DNA of 64,000 bases. Origin: a virus (Duplodnaviria; Caudoviricetes). The notes beneath the pieces were generated by a model that saw only the letters and a list, made by a program, of their open reading frames with translations, made no database searches and was not told the DNA's origin. Within the stretch, counting starts at the first letter, position 1. Each line of letters starts with the position of its first letter. The position numbers and the translations under genes are program-made. Of the stretch, positions 50,254 to 58,823 are shown in pieces. The stretch lies in IMG/VR virus record IMGVR_UViG_3300026549_000029, positions 32,001 to 96,000 of that record; one strand, 5' to 3'.

Positions 50254-50748
50254 TTAATTATATTTTTCTATCCATTCCCAATTCCAGCCATATAATTCAG
50301 CACTAAATTTTGTAGGATTATTAAATGGACCATATGTAAATTTATGTCCCGGTTTACCATCATCACCAATAACTTTAATTTTTCCAATACAAATCTGATT
50401 TACTTCTTCTAATATCCATAATTCATCAGTTATACCAGAATCTGGTACTTCTTTTATACTTGGTTTATATATTTTAAAATTACTATTTGGATCTGGAATT
50501 TGAACAAAAAATTCTTCTAAAGAACAATTTCTGCTTAATGCCATTAAACATTTATCTATACTAGGAGCAAAACATACTCTTGGAGTTTTATTATCTTCAT
50601 ATCCATTTTTAACAAAATAGTTATCAGGTATTCTAGGTATAGCTATTTTATTATTTTCATTAGTATGAGTAAGCCTAAATATTTTTATCTTTTCTATATT
50701 CTTTAATTTAGTATATTCAGTTATATATTCCATATTAAATATGCCCAT
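50254..50748 (-). CDS. MGIF-leader protein, possible ADP-ribosyltransferase-like fold
   Basis: MGIFNMEYITE; FRLTH...PRIP...ED.KTPRVCFAPSI...VPD...T.ELW. Confidence 0.5.
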   Translation of the reverse strand: MGIFNMEYITEYTKLKNIEKIKIFRLTHTNENNKIAIPRIPDNYFVKNGYEDNKTPRVCFAPSIDKCLMALSRNCSLEEFFVQIPDPNSNFKIYKPSIKEVPDSGITDELWILEEVNQICIGKIKVIGDDGKPGHKFTYGPFNNPTKFSAELYGWNWEWIEKYN

Positions 50749-50749
50749 A

Positions 50750-51010
50750 TTAGATACCATACCATATATTTAAAGCTTTATCTACAGTTATTTTATAATT
50801 GTTATTAATAATTTTAGAAGAAATTTTATTAATAAAATCATTAAATTTCTTTTGATCTATATTATGATTTCTTATAGCTCCTATCCAAAGAGAATTTCCA
50901 GCACTAATAGGATCTGTAAGAGATGAAGAAAAATCTAATGGAAGTTTATACTCAAGATTTAATACTTTAGCATATTCTAATATTATAGTATATTGCTTAT
51001 TATTTATCAT
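50750..51010 (-). CDS. hypothetical protein
   Basis: AGGAG RBS; first gene of a minus-strand operon. Confidence 0.6.
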   Translation of the reverse strand: MINNKQYTIILEYAKVLNLEYKLPLDFSSSLTDPISAGNSLWIGAIRNHNIDQKKFNDFINKISSKIINNNYKITVDKALNIWYGI

Positions 51011-51105
51011 AATGATTCTCCTATGAATTTTAGAGTCATTATATAAAAGTGAAAATAAAAAGAAAAAATAATAAGATATTATAAAAATGAAGAAAGGAGA
51101 ATAAT

Positions 51106-51621
51106 ATGGAAAAAATAAAAGTTAATAAAATAGAAGATCCATTAGATATTAAAGAGTTTATAGATAAATATAAAGAAGATATAAATAAAGGTAATATAAC
51201 ACAGGAGATAATAGATAATTCTATATCAACAATATTTGATATATATGATTGGATTTATAAAAAATATATTGATATTGTATATTTTATATATTTTGATATA
51301 CTATGTATATTATATTTTAATGATTATGGAAATTTAGATTTTTGGAAAATAATAGATATGCTTAAAAAAATATCTTATTTAGAAACAGATACTGATTTTA
51401 AAAATTATGATATAAATTATATATGTAATGAAGCATATAAATTAATATATGAACAGAATAAAGAATATATAAAAACAAATGTAAAACCAATAGAATTTCA
51501 GCCAGAAAAACTTTTTAATAAAGAATTTCATATAAATAATTTTAGAAAAGTATGTGTTCTTGGAACATATGATGATAAAATAATTAATTTTATAGATAAT
51601 GGTTATTGGAGGTATATCTGA
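51106..51621 (+). CDS. hypothetical helical protein (paralog of 52169..52672)
   Basis: Identical start MEKIKVNKIEDPLDIK; shared CNEAY and terminal WRY. Confidence 0.75.
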   Translation: MEKIKVNKIEDPLDIKEFIDKYKEDINKGNITQEIIDNSISTIFDIYDWIYKKYIDIVYFIYFDILCILYFNDYGNLDFWKIIDMLKKISYLETDTDFKNYDINYICNEAYKLIYEQNKEYIKTNVKPIEFQPEKLFNKEFHINNFRKVCVLGTYDDKIINFIDNGYWRYI

Positions 51622-52055
51622 TGTTATATAATAAAAAATTAGAAATTCTTGATGAGAATACAACTAAAGACGCTGATAAATCAAAATCTTTTGCTATTAT
51701 ATTCTTTTGCCATTGTTTAAAATGGTATTATCAAAGATATAAGCAAGGTACATCTTGGATAGAAAGTATTATTACAAGTTCTAGAAATATTAAAACTATT
51801 TTATATAAAAATTATCCAAATAATAAAAATAATGCAACTTTTACTAAAGCAACAAATCTTCTACATGATGCATATTTAAAAGGTGTAGAAAATGCTATTA
51901 GAGAAACTGGAATATTAGATATTTCTAAAGATATAAATATTTGGAAAACTTTTTGTACTATTGAAAGTATATGTAATGAAGAATATATAAGAAAATGGTT
52001 AATTTTAAATGCATATTCTTCTGAAATTATTGATAAAATAAATAATAAAAAATAG
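51621..52055 (+). CDS. DUF29-like protein
   Basis: HCLKWYYQ...GTSWIESI...AY..GV..A.RETG. Confidence 0.7.
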   Translation: MLYNKKLEILDENTTKDADKSKSFAIIFFCHCLKWYYQRYKQGTSWIESIITSSRNIKTILYKNYPNNKNNATFTKATNLLHDAYLKGVENAIRETGILDISKDINIWKTFCTIESICNEEYIRKWLILNAYSSEIIDKINNKK

Positions 52056-52168
52056 TATTTAAAGCTAAAAGAGATAGAGATCTTCTCTATCTCTTTATTT
52101 TTATTTAATTTAAAATATAAAAGTAAAATCAAATAACTATTATAATTTTGAAAAGGAGATAATATAAT

Positions 52169-52672
52169 ATGGAAAAAATAAAAGTTAATAAAATAGAAGA
52201 TCCATTAGATATTAAAAAATTAGTTGATAAATATAAGAATGAATTAGAAAAAGGAGAAGTTAATAAAGAAATAATTGATAATTTAGTATCAACTATTCTT
52301 GATCAAGAATATTTTAATCATGATAGATATGTAAGATGTATATATGAAATTTATGATACAGTATATACAATATTAAATAATGGTGATTATACTATAATTG
52401 GATATTTAATAAGAAATATAATATATCTTAAAAATGATGATAATTTAGAAACATATAATTTGGATATATTATGTAATGAAGCATATGATTTATTAAAGAA
52501 AAATTATTCTATATATAATATATTTATTTTAGAAAAACTGCCAGATGAATTTAAAAAAGAACACATATTAGATCTTAAATATTATATGGATTTATTTAAT
52601 GAAAGATGTTTAAAAAAGAAGCCTGAACTTATTGAAATTATTAATAAAGAAATATGGAGATATTTATTATGA
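52169..52672 (+). CDS. hypothetical helical protein (paralog of 51106..51621)
   Basis: Shared N- and C-terminal motifs. Confidence 0.75.
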   Translation: MEKIKVNKIEDPLDIKKLVDKYKNELEKGEVNKEIIDNLVSTILDQEYFNHDRYVRCIYEIYDTVYTILNNGDYTIIGYLIRNIIYLKNDDNLETYNLDILCNEAYDLLKKNYSIYNIFILEKLPDEFKKEHILDLKYYMDLFNERCLKKKPELIEIINKEIWRYLL

Positions 52673-53093
52673 TTTATAATATTGATAAAGAATTTATAGG
52701 ATATATTGATTTTAGTAATGCATTAACTGAAGAAAGTATAGATAAAAAAAGATCCTGATTTTGGATTTGGCACATGTGAAGTATTTATATGGAAAAGAGA
52801 AGGAGCAAATATTCCTCATATTCATATAAAGAATAAAAATGTTGATACATGTGTCTGCATCTATAAACCTTATTATTTTTCTTCATGGTCAATCTCATAT
52901 TAATATTATGAATAATGACCAATGCAAAGAATTTAATAATTGGATGAAAATGCAAAATAAAAGATCAAGATATAAAGGGTTTACTAATTGGGAAGTTGCA
53001 TGTATATTATGGAAAAATGCATTTCCTAATCCTATAGAAGAAGTAAATGTACAACCAGATTATACAAAATTAAATAAAAATGGAGCTATATAA
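52669..53093 (+). pseudogene. HxH-motif (DUF4160-like) gene with two +1 homopolymer frameshifts
   Basis: Removing one A near 52750 and one T near 52880 gives ...EGANIPHIHI...YYFLHG...QPDYTKL, paralogous to the next gene. Confidence 0.65.
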
Positions 53094-53506
53094 TGATAGA
53101 TAATAATACAGATATGTTAAAATATGGATATATTAATAAAGATGGTATATATATCCATACATCTTTTAATAAAAATATTCCTGGTATAGCTCATGCTATA
53201 TATGGAGTGAATATTACAAAACTTGGTAATTGTAATATTGGTATAATTGATACTGATAAAGATATTCCAAGATTTCATATTTTTACAGAAAATAATGATG
53301 ACATTATTATTAGATTAGATATTGCTAATTATTATTCTAAAAAATATAATCTAAATGCTGAACAGAAAAATGATATAAATAATATAATGAATATGGACTC
53401 TATATTTAAAGATTTATCTGTTTATAGTGATTTATGTAGTCTTTGGAATGATTATAATGATATAGAAATTGCATTTACACAACCAGATTATATGAAATTA
53501 GAATAA
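53093..53506 (+). CDS. DUF4160-like protein
   Basis: IPRFHIF...IRLDIANYY...WN...QPDYMKL. Confidence 0.65.
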   Translation: MIDNNTDMLKYGYINKDGIYIHTSFNKNIPGIAHAIYGVNITKLGNCNIGIIDTDKDIPRFHIFTENNDDIIIRLDIANYYSKKYNLNAEQKNDINNIMNMDSIFKDLSVYSDLCSLWNDYNDIEIAFTQPDYMKLE

Positions 53507-53563
53507 TTAAATCTGATTATTATGATATGAAAACTTTTAAAGATAAATAATAAAGGAATAAAA

Positions 53564-54377
53564 ATGAATATATTAGATCTTATAAAAAGTAAAGACATTA
53601 AAGATTTTTATAAAAAAAATAAATTTTAGATTTACTACAGCACAAAAATTATCTATTTTATATAATAATTTATCTTTATTATCAGATATTAAAAGATATA
53701 AGGAAGTATTATATGATACTCTATTAACTGATGATTTAGATGGTATTAAAATATATGATACATATTTAAATAATATTCAAAATGCAATAGATTCTTTTAA
53801 AATATTAAAAGAAAATGAACTTTTTAAATTTACTGCATATAAATGTAGAGATATTATTGATGAAGAAAAGTATTCTAGTTCATATGATGAATTATATAAA
53901 TATGGATTATCATTATCATATGAAACAAAATTCTATATAGAAAAAATAAGTACTATTTTATATAGAAAAAGTGGTTATTATGATGACTATTATATAGCTT
54001 TTAATGAATATGGAGATATTGATATAAAGTCATCTTTCTTAATTTATGATACTCCAAAAGAATTAATGAAAGAATATAAGTATTATATCATACCATTTTC
54101 TAATGGAGATATTGTAAAAGTTATAAATACTAATGAAATTGGAATTATAAATACAGATATTGATAAATTTTATAGTGAAGATAATAATGATTTTGTTCTT
54201 TTAATAGAATTTTATGATAAAAAGAATAAGACTTTTTATCATGATCATATATCTCCATTTAATATTGAATTTTATCATGGAGAAATTTCAGAATTATATA
54301 AATATATGCAAGTTATTATTAAAGAGAATGAAAGAATTAATTTTAGTTCATTATCATATTTTATGAATAATGCATAA
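53564..54377 (+). pseudogene. hypothetical gene with +1 frameshift in the A8 run at 53611-53618
   Basis: MNILDLIKSKDIKDFYKK joins the frame of ORF 54066 if one A is removed. Confidence 0.65.
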
Positions 54378-54418
54378 CAAATTAAAAAGAGACAGAGATT
54401 TCTCTGTCTCTTTATTTT

Positions 54419-55612
54419 TTATTTATTAGCTCTATTTATAGTAATAGCAATATAACTTAATAATCCTTTATAATAATTATTCTTAGTAGCTTGTGTCTTA
54501 ATACTTCTATATCTAGCACTATTATTTAACCAAGTTAAGATAATATTCTTTAATTGTAAAATATCTTTATCTTTAGTATTAGGCTTCATACTAATACTAT
54601 GTGCAATAAATTTAGCTCCAGTAATTTCTTTTTCTTCTGGATATCTTCTAATAAAGTCTGCTAATAAAATAATAATTACAGTTCTTAAATCACTTATAGA
54701 ATCATTATCATTGAGAATATTTTCAAATATAGCTTTTAATTCATAAGGATCTACACCACTACCAGCACAACTATAACAAATAGAAATATTTATCTGCGTT
54801 GTAGTAAAATAGATCATAGTATTTTCAGCAATATTGCTAATTATAGTAGAATTATTATGAGCTATTCTATATTTATCTTCTTCATAATTATCACTTTCAG
54901 CATTTAAATATAATTTCTTCTCATAAGCTTCATAATATAATTTAGCAATATTTCTTAAGAAAGCATATATTCTATTATGTAATTGATGAATTAAATAAAC
55001 AACTCTTTCATCAGTAATTTCAGAGCATAATTCTTCACTATAGCTATTAATCCATGTAACAGTTAATTCTTTTACAGCTCCCCAAACTGATCCTGTTCTT
55101 GCTAAATCAAATTTTTGAGAGAGCATATAGTTTACTACATAATCCATTACTTCTCTTTTAGGAGTATAATGCCTAAACCAAGTAGCATGACAAGATGCAT
55201 AAAATTTACCAGAGAAAGATAAATACATATAAACTAATTCAGTTATAGATTTATCATTTTGTTTATTTTTTAATAAATATCTTAATAGCATTATACAAGT
55301 TAAAGAAAATTCATCTTTACAAGCCTGTAATTCTTCTTTATTATAATAATAAAGATTTTTCATTATATTAGTAATATCATTCTGCTTTACATCTATAGCT
55401 TTAAAGAAGTCATTTACATCTTGTTTTCTAAAATAAATTCTATCTATAGGAGCATAATCATATAATTCTTTGTGCCTAGTCTGAATAAATTTTTGAATAC
55501 AAGATTTCACATTATTTATTTTTCCGGCTTTTGCTTGTTTTTCTATAATAGGATAGATTTCATCTATCATAATTGAATCTTGAATTATATATTTCTTAGG
55601 TGTTTTTGGCAT
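54419..55612 (-). CDS. probable virion protein (helical)
   Basis: 397 aa; late-type promoter upstream on the minus strand. Confidence 0.55.
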   Translation of the reverse strand: MPKTPKKYIIQDSIMIDEIYPIIEKQAKAGKINNVKSCIQKFIQTRHKELYDYAPIDRIYFRKQDVNDFFKAIDVKQNDITNIMKNLYYYNKEELQACKDEFSLTCIMLLRYLLKNKQNDKSITELVYMYLSFSGKFYASCHATWFRHYTPKREVMDYVVNYMLSQKFDLARTGSVWGAVKELTVTWINSYSEELCSEITDERVVYLIHQLHNRIYAFLRNIAKLYYEAYEKKLYLNAESDNYEEDKYRIAHNNSTIISNIAENTMIYFTTTQINISICYSCAGSGVDPYELKAIFENILNDNDSISDLRTVIIILLADFIRRYPEEKEITGAKFIAHSISMKPNTKDKDILQLKNIILTWLNNSARYRSIKTQATKNNYYKGLLSYIAITINRANK

Positions 55613-55666
55613 ACTTGGATAAACTCCTTATATATTATAAATAAGTTTTTCTTAAAACATTTGAAT

Positions 55667-55838
55667 AAAGGTCAAGGAGAAATTCTATTTCGGGGAATTA
55701 TGTGACCTCTTGTTTATATAATCAAATTACTAACATAAACCTCCAAATATAAGATATTTATGATTCAGATACCTTCTTACACTTTCTTGACTTCTTTGAC
55801 ACGGTGGATAATAATAGATTTAGATTTCTCCTTGACTT
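55667..55838 (+). ncRNA. candidate ~170-nt sRNA or structured leader closed by an 18-bp stem
   Basis: AGGTCAAGGAGAAATTCTA (55669-55687) pairs with TAGATTTCTCCTTGACTT (55821-55838); starts at the AACA-N6-TA motif. Confidence 0.5.
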
Positions 55839-55879
55839 GAAAAGAAGGTATTTATTATTAGAAAATATAAGGTATTAAT

Positions 55880-56296
55880 ATGAATATTTATTATAAAGAT
55901 AAAGTTGAAGAATATAATAATGAAGATTGTTTTTTATTATATTTTCCTAAGGGAGGAATGTTTATAAATACTCCTAAGGAAACTATAAAAATCTTTGAAA
56001 ATAATTTTTATGATAATTCTATTGATAAAATAGAAATTGATACTTATGCTAGAACCAGAGAATTTGAAACAGTTGTTAAATTTAGGAGACCAAAACACTT
56101 GTTTAATGATAGAATAATTGAATGGTTTAATGATTTTGATAAAAATGAAAAGATGATTAATAAATTGAAAAATCGTTTAAATAATGCAGCATTATCTATA
56201 TATAAAACAGGAGTATTACATATTCCCCAAGATATAGCTAGTAGGTCTATAGTACAAGAAATATTTGGTTTTATATCAAAAATTAATAGAGAATAG
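55880..56296 (+). CDS. hypothetical protein
   Basis: ORF followed by a terminator. Confidence 0.6.
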   Translation: MNIYYKDKVEEYNNEDCFLLYFPKGGMFINTPKETIKIFENNFYDNSIDKIEIDTYARTREFETVVKFRRPKHLFNDRIIEWFNDFDKNEKMINKLKNRLNNAALSIYKTGVLHIPQDIASRSIVQEIFGFISKINRE

Positions 56297-56334
56297 AATC
56301 CCAAGAGAGTTTATTACTCTCTTGGGAATTTTTA

Positions 56335-57357
56335 TTATTTGTTATCTTCCATAGAATTCTTATATTCAATGATAGCTCCAGTATTATCAGTCTGAATAAG
56401 AAAAGTTCCTACAAACATATATCCACTGGAATCAAAGAAATATCTTTTTCCACCAATATTAACAATCTTATCTACATAGTACTTATATCCTTCAAGTAAG
56501 TACCACCATCTATTATTAGACTTCTCAAGAATCCACCCAGTAAAGTAGGATGCAGAAGCCCAGCCTTTCTTCTCTTCAATATAATACCAAGCTTTTCCAT
56601 CTACAAAAGTCTTCTTACTAGGAGTAACTTTCTCACCTTTCTTAATAGAATCAATAACAGCACCAGTAGAAGGATAATCTCTTACATTGAGCACTTCAGT
56701 AGTACAAGTGATCTTATTAGTATCGGTACCAATATCAGAAGACTGGATTGTAGGACCATTTGCTCCACCAGTAGTAATTCCATTACCTTCATAATCAGGT
56801 CTACCAAATGCTACTTTTCTTTGACCAAGGGTATAATGTTTATAGCAAGTAGCTCCACCATTTCTAATAACAACATCATTACCAGAAGATGTATTAGCTT
56901 CCCAAGTAGTATAGCCTTTACCATTACTATCAACTGCTGTTACAATACCAGTGTGAGAATATCTTCCCATACTATCACTATAGAAAAATACAACATCAAA
57001 AGGTTTAGGAGTGGTATAAATTCTACCTTTACTCTTAAACTGAGAATAGCCAGTAGGACAATATACATAGAGATCTCCACAAAGAAGTTTCTTAGCTTTT
57101 GCAAGACCAAAAGCATTAACAAACATTGTAGAAACTCCACATGCACAATATGCACTACCCTGCATATTTCCATAACCAAGTTCTTTATACCACTGCCAAT
57201 AAACAGTATAATTTGCACTACCTGCATTAACTACTTTACCGGCTGCAGTAAAATCACCTAAATTAGATCCATTGGCTTTCTCAAGATAACCATCTGCTGT
57301 TTTAAGAAAAGCAGCAAATTCTTTTAAAGTAGTATAATTGTACTGAGGCCTAATCAT
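56335..57357 (-). CDS. endolysin: CHAP + SH3b + cell-wall(choline)-binding repeats
   Basis: AYCACGVS...SHTGIV...TWEANTS; LNVRDYP; RWWYL, RYFFDSSGYM. Confidence 0.88.
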   Translation of the reverse strand: MIRPQYNYTTLKEFAAFLKTADGYLEKANGSNLGDFTAAGKVVNAGSANYTVYWQWYKELGYGNMQGSAYCACGVSTMFVNAFGLAKAKKLLCGDLYVYCPTGYSQFKSKGRIYTTPKPFDVVFFYSDSMGRYSHTGIVTAVDSNGKGYTTWEANTSSGNDVVIRNGGATCYKHYTLGQRKVAFGRPDYEGNGITTGGANGPTIQSSDIGTDTNKITCTTEVLNVRDYPSTGAVIDSIKKGEKVTPSKKTFVDGKAWYYIEEKKGWASASYFTGWILEKSNNRWWYLLEGYKYYVDKIVNIGGKRYFFDSSGYMFVGTFLIQTDNTGAIIEYKNSMEDNK

Positions 57358-57380
57358 AATTTATTTCCTCCTATAAAAAA

Positions 57381-58721
57381 TTATTCTCCTTCTTCCTCTT
57401 CAGGATCATTATCTACATCATGACTATCACCAAATTGTCTTGCAGCAAATAATTCAGTAATAGTGATCTTACCACTAGAAATTCCACTAATGGTAAAACT
57501 ATGAGCATTAGTACCTGATTCAAGAAAAGCTCTAATAGTTACATTACCAAAGGTATAAGTATAATCAAGCGTATCAATATTATCCCAATCTATCATTATA
57601 ATAGTATCAAGATCCATTGTATTATTAATCTGATCAATAAGATCAGTAAATACAATATGATATACATCTAAAGAAGCATTATCATGCCAGTTATCTACAT
57701 TAAGATGAACAGTATAAGAATTATTAGTAACAGGCATTTCATAATTAGAAAGTAAATTATCTTGGCTATCTGTAACAGGAGCATTTACTCTCTTATAGTT
57801 GAGTGCATTAATACCAGTTACAATAATATCTCCGGTCATATATTTACCAGTAGTATGAATAGTCTGAGGAGAAAATGCTGAAGCTACTGTTTGAGTTCCT
57901 AAAGTTTCTATATTCTGTGTTACAACTCCATTACCAGAGTGATAGCCCTTAGGAATAGTATATGATCCATTAACAGGAAGAATTTCTGTAGAAGAAGTAA
58001 TCTTAGTGATATTACCAGTAATCTTAGTACCATTTACCCAAGCAGTCTTACCATCTACTATATCTGCAGCTGTAGCTGTACCAGAAGTTTGAGATGATAA
58101 TGTATTGGCAGTTACAACTCCAGTACCATCATGATATCCTGCAGGAATAGTATAGGCTCCACCTGCCTGAAGAACTTGTGATACAGACCCAATATTAGGC
58201 ATAGTACCAGTAATAGAAGATCCATTTACCCAAGCAATCTTACCAATTAAAATTTCTCCTGTGGTTGCATCTCCAGGAGTTTGATCAGATAAAGATCTAG
58301 CAGTTATAACTCCAGTACCATCATGATATCCAGCAGATATAGTATGAGTTTCTCCACAGTTAAGGGTAGTAGATTCTGTACCTATGTTAGGCATAGTACC
58401 GGTAATTTTAGTACCATTTACCCAAGCAACTTTATTTTTTAAAATTTCTTCTGCAGTTGCATCTCCAGGAGTTTGTCCAGATAATCCTGCTGCACTTACA
58501 GTATATCCTTCTGGAATTTTTCCATAAGGAACAGCATGAGATTCTCCACAAAGTAATGTAATATCACTTGTATATTCAGCAACAGGCATTATTCCTGTCT
58601 CTAATTGAGAAGTAGTTCCAATAAAAACTTTCCCAGATACAACATCAATAGGAGATGCTGTAATTAAATTTTTATCTGATATAACAACATCAACTATTTT
58701 AATAGAATCTGTAAATGGCAT
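57381..58721 (-). CDS. repeat-rich fibre/spike-like virion protein
   Basis: Repeats G.ATA..I..GK.AWVNG.KITG.MP and YTIPAGYH.G.G; GGAGG RBS before MPFTD. Confidence 0.75.
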   Translation of the reverse strand: MPFTDSIKIVDVVISDKNLITASPIDVVSGKVFIGTTSQLETGIMPVAEYTSDITLLCGESHAVPYGKIPEGYTVSAAGLSGQTPGDATAEEILKNKVAWVNGTKITGTMPNIGTESTTLNCGETHTISAGYHDGTGVITARSLSDQTPGDATTGEILIGKIAWVNGSSITGTMPNIGSVSQVLQAGGAYTIPAGYHDGTGVVTANTLSSQTSGTATAADIVDGKTAWVNGTKITGNITKITSSTEILPVNGSYTIPKGYHSGNGVVTQNIETLGTQTVASAFSPQTIHTTGKYMTGDIIVTGINALNYKRVNAPVTDSQDNLLSNYEMPVTNNSYTVHLNVDNWHDNASLDVYHIVFTDLIDQINNTMDLDTIIMIDWDNIDTLDYTYTFGNVTIRAFLESGTNAHSFTISGISSGKITITELFAARQFGDSHDVDNDPEEEEGE

Positions 58722-58823
58722 AATATTCCTCCTATAGAATAGCCACAATATTACTATGGAGTTGAATCTTGCCTCTTGAGCACATTATATTAATATTTTG
58801 CTTTAAAAAGGAGCTAATCCCAT

